Source: Mizuhopecten yessoensis (lineage: Eukaryota). From it: a DNA stretch of 64,000 bases. This document shows, piece after piece, positions 39,901 through 51,557 of the stretch (the first letter of the stretch is position 1; every line of letters starts with the position of its first letter). A program made the position numbers and the translations under genes. The notes beneath the pieces are model-generated. The model was not told where the DNA came from and ran no database searches. It was given only the letters and a program-made list of their open reading frames with translations. The stretch spans positions 71,617 through 135,616 of the forward strand of contig NW_018408757.1 in NCBI RefSeq assembly GCF_002113885.1, read 5' to 3'.

Positions 39901-42900
39901 GAGTTATTGCAGAGATGTGGTGACTTTTTCATGGACAATGGTCAATATGATAAGGCTGTGGATCTCCTCGCCATCGGCAAAAAGGTGTGTTTCACTCGAG
40001 TGGGCAGTGCATGTAGATCATAGTTTTATGCACAACACAAGAGCCTGACTAAATCATTTATTATCCTGGAAAATACAAATGACAAAGACATCTGATCAAA
40101 TACACAAAATACACTCCTATTCCTTCAAATAAGTTGTATGGTTCTCTTGGAGGCTACTCACTGTAGACAATAACATAAATATAATACAAAATATCCTAAA
40201 GAGAGAATATGATGTAACAGATATGTCTTTGATTCAGACTCAGCATGGGAACAAGAACTGGGAGAGATTGTACTTACATCTACATTTTGATTCTCAAACA
40301 AAGTATGCATAAATCACCCATAGAATTAAGCTCATTATAAGCAAGCTTGAATCTGGCCCATTTGTACTTGTTTCACACAATTACATAAAATACATTACTG
40401 AATAAATAGTCACGACATACTACTGCTTATTTCAGTACTGGGAAGCTCTGAAGATTTGTATGGACCAGCATGTGGAGATAACTGAAGACCTGGCAGAGAA
40501 ACTCACTCCGAACAAGGACGACATGGGCATTGATACAATGGAGCGGGTAAAGATCCTGGAGGCCATCGCTGAGGTGTGCATGCATCAAGGCCAGTACCAC
40601 CTCGCTACAAAGAAGTTTACTCAGGCTGGTAACAAGATCAAGGTCAGTGTTTAAGCTTCCATCATTTCTATGTATTTAGATTTGTCTTCACTTCTCCAAA
40701 ACAGCTGCTGTATGTACAGTATAGTAGGTCTAACACATGTCGTTTTATGGAGTGATGTTGGAAACTGGTATAATTGAACGTTCAAAATTCAAACAACCAC
40801 CAAATACATTTGAAGATTTAATGATACAATTGATGGATATATTAACTTTGTTAAAGTAAATGGTCTCTTTTGTTCTTGGTAAGATTTGCAGTGTTTGCAA
40901 TGTCACTTACTTACGTGGTGTATGTTTTAGGCTATGAAAGCGTTGCTGAAATCTGGAGACACTGAGAAGATAACGTTTTTTGCTGGTGTATCACGGCAGA
41001 AGGAGATTTATGTAATGGCCGCCAATTATCTTCAGTCTCTGGATTGGAGGAAAGACCCAGAAATCATGAAGAATATTATCGGCTTCTATACTAAAGGAAG
41101 AGCACTGGATTCTTTAGCAGCATTTTACGATGCTTGTGCTCAGGTAAGCAGGAATTTATATCCTGCCATTTTGTATGGCACATATGGTGTTATCCATTTC
41201 TGTTCTGTCATGTCCTGTCCCATCCGAAGTTAGTGTCATTGCTCCAGGGACTTCCTAGCTATCCTATTATATATTAATCAGACTTATTTAAGTCATCTAG
41301 TACATTTAAATACAAGGTCAAGTATGAGAACACATCAAATAGTTAATGTTTTAGCGTTCCAAGGTCAGTGTTGCTATTTATAGAAAGTATTATACACATT
41401 TTGTTTTATCACTCAATAAAATATTTCATTTCTAAATGGTTTTTGATATAACTGTACACAATTTTTTGAACAAAACTTCATACAATGAATATGAAGGAAG
41501 ACATGAATGTTTTGTGTCAGAAAATGTGTTGTATGGATTAGTTTTCCTTGAATGGAAAGAAGCTGGGATGTGCAAGTTTTTCATCTGAAAAAAACCCACT
41601 TTGGGATATAGCAGTCACGCAGCTGTAAGTCATGCTGATGCTAATTTCAGAAAAATAATCACACAACGCCGATACTTGACCGAAGGAAGAGAAAGACCCC
41701 TTTTGATTTTGGGTCTTGTTTGTCAAAAGTGAAGGTCATTGTTAACCGGTACTAAAAAAAAAAAAAAGAATTTTCCATAACCTAACTATTGAAAAGCATT
41801 TCAAACTATCAATGCAATAGCTAACATTTAACAAGTATAGTCCTTTTCTGATGAAACGTTTTATGTATCTGCAACACGTGGTGCTCAGGGGTTTTATGGG
41901 TGGCTGTGCTATTCCTAGTGACTCTCACGTTTATATTGAAATATTATAAAATAGATTCAATCACAACAGGCGAAGGAGCAATAAGTTATGCTTGTAGTTT
42001 ATTAGAAGTGTCGACCAATTTCGCCCCTACAATGTGCTTCTTCAGGACAAAATTATAGGATATTGCCTTTTTTTGAAATATTAAATGCAGACATATAGGT
42101 AATGTGTAATTGCAATTCATCAGTTGCTTTAATTAAAAGATGTGAATGAGTGTATTTTGTGTGTTACAGGTGGAGATAGATGAGTACCAGAACTACGACA
42201 AAGCCTTGGGTGCTCTGGGTGAGGCCTACAAATGTTTAAGTAAGACAAAGATGAGCGATGAAATGCTACAAGAGGAAAAGCTGTCACGTCTCAAGAACAA
42301 GATCACTCTTATTAAGAAGTTTGTGACTGCTAGAAGGTAAGTTTGAACATAAGATATATTTCGTGCTCACAATCATGAAAATGAACTTTTACCCTGGTTG
42401 TCATCTCTTGTTCTACCTGACTGTGTAAGCGATGACTTTGGTTATCTGTCATTGGATCTAATTTGTGAACTGTGACCCTGTGATATCTATTCTTGTTCCG
42501 ATGTATGATCTTTGACCTTGAATGTCAGTCCTTGATCAAATGTGTGTGAACTTCGACCTTAGAACGATGTCTGTCATTATACCCCCAGTTGAGTGGTGGT
42601 TGGGGGTGTTGTTCGGGTATACTAATTGCTTGTCTGTCATTATACCCCCAGTTGAGTGGGGGTTGGGGGGGGTGTTCGGGTAAACTAATTGGTTGTCTGT
42701 CATAATACCCCCAGTTGAGTAGTGGTTGGGGGAGTGTTCGGGTATACTAATTGGTTGTCTGTCATTATACCCCCAGTTGAGTGGTGGTTGGGGGGAGTGT
42801 TCGGGTAAACTAATTGGTTGTCTGTCATATACCCCCAGTTGAGTGGTTGTTGGGGGAGTGTTCGGGTATACTAATTGGTTGTCTGTCATTATACCCCCAG

Positions 42901-44979
42901 TTGCGTGGTGGTTGGGGGTGTTGTTTGGGTATACTAATTGGTTGTTTGTCATTATACCCCAAGTTGAGTGGTGGTTGGGGTGTTGTTTGGGTATACTAAC
43001 TGGTTGTCTGTCATTATACCCTCAGTTGAGTGGTGGTTGGGTTTTTTGTTTGGGTATACTAATTGGTTGTCTTTCATTATACCCTCAGTTGAGTGGTGGT
43101 TGGGGGAGTGTTCGGGTATACTAATTGGTTGTCTTTCATTATACCCTCAGTTGAGTGGTGGTTGGGTTTTTTGTTTGGGTATACTAATTGGTTGTCTGTC
43201 ATTTTACTCCCAGTTGAGTGGTGGTTGGGGGTGTTGTTCGGGTATCCTAACTGGTTGTCTGTCATTATACCCTCAGTTGAGTGGTGGTTGGGTTTTTTGT
43301 TTGGGTATACTAATTGGTTGTCTGTCATTTTACTCCCAGTTGAGTGGTGGTTGGGTTTTTTGTTTGGGTATACTAATTGGTTGTTTGTCATTATACCCCC
43401 AGTTGAGTGGGGGTTGGGGGGGGTGTTCGGGTATACTAATTGGTTGCCATTCATCGCTAGTTAAGAGAGCTTGTTCACAAGATAGATCATAAACACCCTG
43501 ACAGGTTTAGTTCACGTGATCATATCGTATCATCACGTTCTATACCTGCTTGATAGAATTTGGTGTATGTTGGTTAAGGTAAAGGGTCAAAAGTCACACC
43601 TTACCACTTTAGAGGTAAGAAACAGGTGTATAAGATCCCATGCCACTCAGATAAGAACCAGGTGTATAAGATCCCAAGCCACTCAGGTAAGAAACGGGTG
43701 TGTAAGATACCATGCCACTCATGTAAGAAACGGGTGTATAATATACCATGCCTCTCAGGTAAGAAACAGGTGAATAAGATACCATGCCACTCGGGTAAGA
43801 AACAGGTGTATAAGATAACAAGCCACTCAGGTAAGAAACGGGTGTGTAAGATACCATGCCACTCAGGTAAGAAACAGGTGTATAAGATACCATGCCACTC
43901 AGATAAGAAACAGGTGTATAAGATACCAAGCCACTCAGGTAAGAAACAGGTGTATAAGATACCATGCCACTCGGGTAAGAAACAGGTGTATAAGATACCA
44001 TGCCACTCAGGTAAGAAACGGGTGTATAAGATACCATACCACTCATCGAAATCTTAACTCAGTTTGACCATGTTGGACAGGGCGTATGATGAAAATCCAG
44101 AGGACGCCATCAAACAATGCCAGGTGTTACTGGAGGAACCACATCTAGATGATTCTGTCCGTATGGGAGATGTGTATGGCCTCATCATTGAGCATTATGC
44201 AAGGAGAGAACGCTGGAAGGCGGTAAGCTGAGAAAAGTTTATTACACAAACCTAAATGTGCACTTCAATAAAGAAAAAAAAAATGAGTTTATTCACTGCT
44301 GAATTCAGTGACCATGAAAACATTGATTGACCCAAAAAATACCCTAGTTACTGTTAATTTTCCATGATTTTATACAAAACTACTGGTAGTCTAACAGCCA
44401 TTAAAGGGTTCCCAATTGATGGGATTTCCATGGGTATCTATGTGTACAATTATTACTTCTAATGGATTACATTTTTTCTAATGAATGAATTGATTTCATA
44501 TACTGTAGTGATAAGATGCTAATGTCTCGACTAATAAATTCATTATTAATATTACCCTGGTAACCTTAAATTAAATATGATTGCGAAGTTTCTATTTAGT
44601 GTAAGGTTACTGTTAAAGTAGAATTTAGTTTCCATGCAACAATTGAAACCTTGTACAGTATTTTTTAAATATTTTATTTTTCTCATTGTGCTAAATAGAT
44701 TTGTACTGTTCATATTTCATTTTTATTGATTGTGATGTAATACAATTCCAGGCCTATGCTGCAATGGAGGAGATGAAGAGTCGGATACCGGCACTCAACA
44801 TGGCGTACTACGTTAACATGAGGACGATAGAGTCTGTGCACCGGGCACTGGACATCCCTCTGAGTAGGACTATCACTAGTAAGATGAACGGCATGTATGG
44901 AGGGGGTGGGGAGGAGGAGGATGGTGAAATAGTGGAAGAGGAAGTGGACCAAATGTACACAGCTGGAGATGATGTGTGA
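12986..44979 (+). CDS. IFT140: Intraflagellar transport protein 140 (IFT-A core; N-terminal WD40 propellers, C-terminal TPR solenoid), 31 coding exons, 1496 aa
   Basis: Hand-spliced GT-AG exons, all phase-consistent: 12986-13129, 13607-13828, 16703-16833, 17456-17607, 18081-18256, 18488-18576, 18778-18884, 19338-19480, 19882-19974, 21257-21367, 21506-21584, 22076-22167, 22628-22755, 23712-23829, 26789-26940, 27189-27366, 27674-27805, 28243-28475, 28897-29074, 31917-32000, 32160-32266, 32937-33032, 35338-35470, 35772-35915, 39323-39451, 39802-39984, 40436-40642, 40931-41143, 42170-42336, 44081-44222, 44752-44979 (4491 nt). Diagnostic peptides: [127 protein letters not shown]. Confidence 0.98.
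14261..16580 (+). mobile_element. Non-autonomous Helitron/Helentron (HINE-like) element with internal ~145-bp repeats, in an IFT140 intron; interrupted by a nested DNA transposon
   Basis: 5' TTTTGTGTCACC (decayed TTAGCTCACC). Recurrent CCTTGACCTA..TTCAAGGTCACAGG. 3' CAGGTGAGTGGTACAGGCCCTCTGTGCCTCTTGTTTT (subterminal IR plus hairpin), as in the copies at 24101 and 49491. Confidence 0.85.
14651..15813. mobile_element. Non-autonomous DNA transposon with short TIRs and 6-bp TSD, nested in the HINE
   Basis: TGATGC|CATACCTGCCAA ... TTGGTAGGTATG|TGATGC. Removing it restores the host repeat AGAGTGATGCTACTTGGCCAG. Confidence 0.85.
20660..21040 (+). mobile_element. Decayed SINE-like element with L2-type tail ending in (ATT)n
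   Basis: Homologous to 970-1310. Tail TGTAAAGTGTTTTAGAGTGACT...AGGGCGCTATATCAAATGTTATATATTATTATTATTAT. Confidence 0.65.
23908..24078. mobile_element. MITE (PIF/Harbinger-like ends)
   Basis: TAA|GGGCTGTTCCA ... TGGAACAGCCC, with internal IR GGTGGGAGGCAC/GTGCCTCCCACC. The same left end recurs at ~35642. Confidence 0.7.
24101..26622 (+). mobile_element. Non-autonomous Helitron/Helentron (HINE-like) element with ~146-bp internal tandem array and ~1.4 kb of extra internal sequence
   Basis: 5' TTAGCTCACCTGCCCGAAGGGCAGCTGAGCT plus (GTCC)n. About 6.5 copies of a unit containing GACCTACTTTCAAGGTCACAGGGGTCAAA (24180-25140). 3' CAGGTGAGCGATACAGGCCCTCTGGGCCTCTTG|TTTT. T-rich flanks, no TSD. Confidence 0.9.
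29450..31630. repeat. Intronic minisatellite, 54-bp unit (AAAGTGTCAATCCTCCCRCTAAGTACTAAAGCTCTGTGTTTATGTTATCTATGT), ~40 copies
   Basis: Direct; 18-aa periodic pseudo-ORFs. Confidence 0.97.
33293..33639. repeat. Intronic minisatellite, ~50-bp unit (TGTAGGATAAACAAAAAGGGGTTAGRGGAAATAGATATAAGTCTACTATC); resumes at 34179-34260 after a MITE insertion
   Basis: Direct. Confidence 0.93.
33640..34178. mobile_element. MITE with ~28-bp imperfect TIRs and TTA TSD (Harbinger/Zator type) inserted into the minisatellite
   Basis: TTA|GGCCAAATAAAATTGATTACTTAGTTCT ... AGAACCAAGTAATCAATTTTTTTGGCC|TTA. Excision restores GGGGTTAGAGGAAATAGAT. Confidence 0.88.
34261..35125 (+). mobile_element. Helitron/Helentron-like non-autonomous element (second family)
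   Basis: TTCTTCCGCTTTCCGCCCG head, internal ~120-bp repeats with CTGATTGGTCGAAA, 3' GGGGGACTT plus hairpin TGTAATG-TTCCCC-CATTACA plus CTTGTTT. Confidence 0.65.
35958..38810. repeat. Intronic minisatellite, 48-bp unit (TGTATATACCTGTTACATGTTTACAGGGGCTAGGAGAGACGTATGGTG), ~59 copies
   Basis: Direct; 16-aa periodic pseudo-ORFs on both strands. Confidence 0.97.
42569..43450. repeat. Intronic G/T-rich minisatellite, ~62-63-bp unit (GTCTGTCATTATACCCCCAGTTGAGTGGTGGTTGGGGGTGTTGTTCGGGTATACTAATTGGTT), ~14 copies
   Basis: Direct. Confidence 0.95.
43613..44045. repeat. Intronic minisatellite, 36-bp unit (GGTAAGAAACAGGTGTATAAGATACCATGCCACTCA), 12 copies
   Basis: Direct. Confidence 0.96.
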
Positions 44980-46079
44980 TACACATAGCGTATAACTGTA
45001 TGTCACAAATTCATTTAGAGACAATTCTTTTATGTTGTTTCTGCAGAAAATGTTATGGAAATGTCAGGAACATTGTATTTTCTAGATAACAGATACTCTC
45101 TCGCAACTTTAGATCTCTAGTTTCTACTTTAAAGTGAATGACTCAAGCTTAACTTCTTTAAAATTTAACTTAACTGAAGGTATTTTGGGAACAAATGATG
45201 AGGAAAGTTTACTCATGTTATCCCAACCTTTCAAAACCACTTGGTTTTTACTGACTTGTCTATTAATTGTTAATAGAGGTCTGCTAACACATACTTTTAC
45301 TGACAGAGTGAAATCTGGGGACAATGTCGGCTTCATGATTTATGTCATTTCAAGACTTATAACAAAGCAAAGAAATAACAGCATTGTAAGATCCAGTTTT
45401 GGAACAAGAAAAGATAGAATGGAATCTTCAACACCTATTAGGCAAAGATTTTAATATTAAACAGCTCTCTTCTAATTTCTAAGCCCTAATAAGAGTTTGT
45501 AACCTTGGCTCTTTTGTACAAATTTAATGCTCAACAGAGGCTCTGTACGTATGTAAGTAGATGTAGGGAATATGGGAATTCAACTGGGATAAATATGTCT
45601 CCTTAATACACCGACTATATCTGGTGAAGTGATGAATTGTTTTATGATCTGATCCATTGATAAAAATTTTTAGTCTCAACATATGAAATTTTTACTTTAT
45701 CTCTTTAAGAAAAGGTTATGATGTCAACTATGAATTGGTATGTACACAAATGCATTGAGGAAATTATTTTAAGATCTGAATTGTCTTCGATAAAAATGAA
45801 TCTGGTTGATTTTATGATGTATGATTCCGTGGTTAAGATATGTTAGTTGTATCACTGTGACATTAGCCGACTGGAAGACTTTGATCTGGAGATATGTAAC
45901 TCTGATGTGCTGTTAGACCGAGAACTAATTAGAAAAGGTCTGAAAGTGGGACAATGTGACAGTTCAGGATCACTGAGTGGTTGTGTAGTTACATATCTTT
46001 TGTCAACATTTCAATTTTAAATGTGTAAATCATGTGATGCAAAAGAAAAAGCCATACAATCTAACTGTGATGTAGAAGC

Positions 46080-46139
46080 AATAAAGTTGGTGTAAACTAA
46101 ATGATAGCATTGTGTAAATTATTTTTAATAAATAATAAA
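46080..46139 (+). promoter_or_regulatory. Candidate IFT140 polyadenylation signal cluster
   Basis: AATAAA at 46080 and AATAAATAATAAA at 46127, ~1.1 kb after the stop, followed by GT/T-rich sequence. Confidence 0.45.
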
Positions 46140-47345
46140 CTGTAAATTGTACATTCCAAATAACTATTACTGTAAAGTGTTTAATTTGAATCATTTGTAA
46201 GCACTTTACCCAATATTTTTTTTAAAGCACAACATAAAAAAAGGTAATCACTAAATATAAAACCACTTAATCACTACATGTTACACATATGTTTAGTGCT
46301 ATACCGTGATGTGTGTCACTTGGAAATTGTTGCGGATGTGTAGAAATATGAATTTGCTATTATAGGTTTAAATTGTTAACAGTATACATTAGTATTGGGT
46401 ACTTACATATGTAAACTACTGTTGTTATTTATTTTCTAACTTAGGCATTATGTAATCAGTAAGTACAAGGTGTAAGATTGTGTCTTGTAAATAGTCAAAT
46501 TTCATTTTAAGTTTTTTGAAAGATAATGTTAGTTCTGGCTATGAAAAGATTTTTTCTGTGAATAATTGATGTATTTAAAAGTCACACTAAAAGAATAGTT
46601 TATTGGCTTGTGTGGTGTAAACAATTGTCATTGGTTGGACTTAGTGCTGTTGGCTTTACTGAACTAGACAGCACATATTGTAAAATGTCGCTAATTGATC
46701 TAATTTTAGATCAGTTATCTGGGCCCAGTTGTTCAAATGTGATTAGCTTAATAATCAATGATAAGCACAAATTTTATTTTTTGTGTATCATTAAGACACA
46801 ACCATTGAAATAGTTAATACTTTCCAGATAGCAAATAATTACGAGTTTTACCTTGTATATTGACGAAATATTAGAGGTTGAAAAGAGTCGTTTAACAGTG
46901 ATTAGGCTTAACATGTTTTGAACAACTTGACCCTGTTTGTCATTTGTGGTAATTAGTAGATAGCTGTGTGAATATTTGAATGGACAAACGGAGTTATGTA
47001 GGAAACAGTGTCTGAATGAGGAATGTTTAAGTACAATACCACGTTTATATCTGAAAAAAGTCTCCATCAAAATTGTCATAATATTTCCTTTTGTTTCAAT
47101 TTATTATTCATATCATAAAAAGAATAACCCCACCTACTTACATTTCTTTGCTTTAAGTTAACCATTTCTTGTAAAGAAAACTAATGTCAATTAATTCACT
47201 ATTGAAAGTAATGTGAAAATGTTCATAATGGTTGTATCGTTATAAAATAACATTATGATTTCATTTGTTTATATCATGGTTTACTTCACTGCACTGCCGT
47301 CCACAAGTCTCACTATTCTTATGCACATATATCATTCGACGTCAG

Positions 47346-47920
47346 ACTGGGACATAGACATCCTTCTACCCTACTGGGACATAGACATCCTTCTACCCTA
47401 CTTACCCTACTGGGACATAGACATCCTTCTACCCTACTAACCCTACTGGCACATTGACATCCTTCTACCCTACTGGGACATAGATATCCTTTTACCCTNG
47501 GGACATGGACATCCTTCTACCCTACTGGGACATAGACATCCTTCTACCCTACTTACCCTACTGGGACATTGACATCCTTCTACCCTACTAACCCTACTGG
47601 CACATTGACATCCTTCTACCCTACTGGGACATAGATATCCTTTTACCCTACTGGGACATAGACATCCTTCTACCCTACTGGGACATAGACATCATTCTAC
47701 CCTACTGGGACATAGACATCATTCTACCCTACTGGGACATAGACATCATTCTAACCTACTGGGACATAGACATCCTTCTACCCTACTGGGACATAGACAT
47801 CCTTCTACCCTACTGGGACATAGACATCCTTCTTACCTAATGGGACATAGACATCCTTCTACCCTACTTGGACATGGTCAGCCTTCTACCCTACTGGGAC
47901 ATAGACATCATTCTACCCTC
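47346..47920. repeat. Minisatellite, 27-bp unit (TACTGGGACATAGACATCCTTCTACCC); contains an assembly N at 47499
   Basis: Direct. Confidence 0.95.
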
Positions 47921-48748
47921 CAGGACTATTAGCCCCACCTCAGCCTGTGATATATACTGGTGCCTTTGAAGTAGTACTGATAGCGCTGCCACAAATACAT
48001 GTCATCATAATGTTTCATTAATGAAGAAATTTTCTGGAAATTAGATTTTAAAATAACTGGTAATATAAATCTGTTTTGCAGTAATTAAGGATCATTAGAT
48101 GGGAATCCTTCGTGATTTTTTTAATTACATAGATAATTAGTGTCATCACTTAAACATCATTTTCTCAATCATGAGTTGAAGTGTTTGCCAACAAAACCTA
48201 TATTCCTAGTTAGTGAAGTTCTCACAAAAATACACTGATTTACAGTACTTGCTAGAGTATAATGTTATGACACATTTCAGAACTCAATACATTTTAGGCT
48301 TGACATATTCACAACTCTGAAGACAGAAAAGAATGTGATGTTTTTACCTTTCTCCTCTAAGAGTGCTTTCTCTTGAGTACAAATAGTCAATACACAACCT
48401 ATATATCAGTACCTACACACCAATTCTCGGTTGTGATGATCTTTTGAGTTGTCAGACTTTACAACTGTGTTATAAAGCTAAATACTGAAATGTTTGTATA
48501 GTTCTATGATTAATGTGTATTTGGAACAAGGATGACAAATTGTATACAACATAATTTATTATCATCTCGTCAGCCGTCCAACTTTTAAATTGTTGTGAAA
48601 TGAATGATTTCCAATAAACTGGAAAAAATATTTTCATTGTTTTGTTTATGTTCATACTACGGTCCATTTGATATTATTGTCTGATCCACCAATACCGGTA
48701 TATGTTTATGTATAGTAAATAGTAAAATATAATCATATAACTAATCAT

Positions 48749-51557
48749 TTGACATTTTGACACCCCTCCCGATGTATTATATTAACATTTTGACACCCTT
48801 CCCTACGTTATGAGATTGACATTTTGACACCCATCCCGATGTTATTATATTGACATTTTGACACCCCTCCCGACATTATTTGATTGACATTTTGACACCC
48901 CTCCTGACGTTATTATATTGACATTTTGACACCCCTCCAGACGTTGTTAGATTGACATTTTGACACCCCTCCAGACGTTGTTCGATTGACATTTTGACAC
49001 CCCTCCAGACGTTATAAGTTTGACATTTTGACACCCCTCCAGACGTTATTAGATTGACATTTTGACACTCCTCCAAATGTTATTAGATTGACATTTTGAC
49101 ACTCCTCCAAATATTCTAAGATTGACATTTTGACATCCCTCCAAACGTTATTATATTGACATTTTGGCATCCCTCCCGACATTATTAGATTGACATTTTG
49201 ACACCCCACCCGATGTTATTAGATTGACATTTTGACACCACTCCCGACGTTATTAGATTGACATTTTGACACCCCTCCCGACGTTATTATATTGACATTT
49301 TGACACCCCTCCGGACGTTATTAGATTGACATTTTGACACCCCTCCTGACGTTATTAGATTGACATTTTGACACCCCTCCCGACGTTATTAGATTGACAT
49401 TTTGACATCCTTCACGACATTATTAGATTGACATTTTGACACCCCTCCCGACGTTATTAGATTGACATTTTGACATCCCTCACGACGTATTATTAGCTTA
49501 CCTGGTCCGAAGGACCAAGGTGAGCATATGCCATACCGTGGCGTCCGTCGTCCGTCCGTCAACAATTTCTTTAAATGACTTCTTCTTAACCACTGATTGG
49601 AATTCAACTAAATTTTACTGGAAGCATTCCTAGGTGGTGGGGATTCAAAATTGTACAAATGGTGGGGCTGAGGGGCGGGGCCAAAAGGTGACAATTTGGT
49701 TATATTGCTACAAACGACTTTTTCTGTAGAACTATGCACTGGATATCAATCATATTTGATCAAAAGCATTCATGGGAGGCAGGGATTCAAAATTGTACAA
49801 ATGGTGTGGCTGACCCCCCAGGGGGCTGAGGGGCAGGGCGAAAAAGGGTTATTTGGCTATACTGCTTTAAGCGACTTCTTCTCTGGAACTAAGTGATGAA
49901 TGTCAACCATACTTGACTGGAAGCATCCCTAGGTGGTGGTGATTCAAAATTGTACAAATGGTGGGGCTGAGGGCGGGGCCAAAAGGGGGCAATTTGGCAA
50001 TATTGCTATAAACGACATCTTCTGTAGAACGATGACATGGATATTGATCATATTTGTTTGGAATCATTCATTGGAGGCAGGGATTCAAAATTGTACAAAT
50101 GGTGGGGCTAACCCCCCAGGCTTAGGGGTGGGGCCAAACAAAGTTTATTACTTGGAAATGGTCAAGATCCCTAACATATAACCATATATACAATTGCTGA
50201 GTATAAAGAGAAGAATGCACATTTGCTTCCAGGTTGGCCCTAGGGTCTGGCCCCACCCTTGGAGACATAGTCCCTGGGTCATAACTTTGAAATGGTTGAG
50301 ATCCCCACCCCAAAACTATATATGCAAATGCTTGGCATAAAGAGACGAATGCAGTCATAATATTAGAATAGACCATAGGGTCTGACCAAACCCCTAGGGA
50401 CCTAGTTTCTTAGTCACAGATTGGAAACAGTTGAGATCCCCACCCTTTAACCATATATACAATTGCTGAATTTAAAGAGATGAGCCAGGATGGCCTTGGG
50501 GACAGCCCCATGGAGAATACCCCTAGGTCATAACTTTGAAATGGTTAAGATCCCCACCCCAAAACTATATATACAATTGTTGAGCATAAAGTGATGAATT
50601 CAGTCATGATATTAGAATTGACACCAGGGTCTGCCCCACCCTTGCAGACTTAACCCCTGGGTCATCACTTTGAACAGGTTGAGATCCCCACCCCAAAACT
50701 ATATATACAAATGCTGGGCAAAAAGAGACAAATGCAGTCATGCTATTAGAATTGATCCTGGGGTCTGGCCACAACCCTAGGGACCTAGGTTCTGAGTCAC
50801 AGCTTGAGATCCCCACCAAATAACCAGACATAAAATTGCTGGACATGAAAAATCTTAATACAGATATGCTACAAGGATTGACCTTGTGGTCTGGCATATT
50901 ACATTGGATCTCATTTGAGGAATATTTTGCCATATTTGCTTAGATATCCAGGTGAGCGATACAGGCCCTCTTGGCCTCTTATATTGACATTTTGACACCT
51001 CTCCCGATGTTATTATATTGACATTTTGACACCCCTCCCGACGTTATTAGATTGACATTTTGAAACCCCTCCCGACGTTATTAGATTGACATTTTGAAAC
51101 CCCTCCCGAAGTTATTAGATTGACATTTTGACACCCTTGCCGACGTTATTAGATTGACATTTTGACACCCCTCCAAATGTTATTAGATTGACATTTTGAC
51201 ACCCCTCCCGAGGTTATTAGATTGACATTTTGACACCCCTCCCGACGTTATTAGATTGACATTTTGACACCCCTCCAGACGTTATAAGATTGACATTTTG
51301 ACACCCCTCCCGACGTTATTAGATTGACATTTTGACACCCCTCCCGACGTTATTAGATTGACATTTTGACACCACTCCAGACGTTATTATATTAACAGTT
51401 TGACACCCCTCCAAATGTTATTAGATTGACATTTTGACACCCCTCCCGACGTTATTAGATTGACATTTTGACACCCCTCCCGACGTTATTATATTAATAT
51501 TTTGACACCCCTCCCGACATTATTAGATTGACATTTTGACACCCCTCCAGACGTTAG
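48749..51557. repeat. Minisatellite, 34-bp unit (GACGTTATTAGATTGACATTTTGACACCCCTCCC), split by a HINE at 49491-50980
   Basis: The same unit lies on both sides of the insertion. Confidence 0.96.
49491..50980 (+). mobile_element. Non-autonomous Helitron/Helentron (HINE-like) element inserted into the 34-bp minisatellite
   Basis: 5' TATTAGCTTACCTGGTCCGAAGGACCAAGGTGAGC plus (GTCC)n; two kinds of internal repeat; 3' CAGGTGAGCGATACAGGCCCTCTTGGCCTCTT. Confidence 0.9.

Noticed and set aside
12986-44979. Nested antisense gene (TMEM204 lies within vertebrate IFT140)
   Set aside because: No credible minus-strand coding exons were seen; large introns are explained by repeats and TEs.
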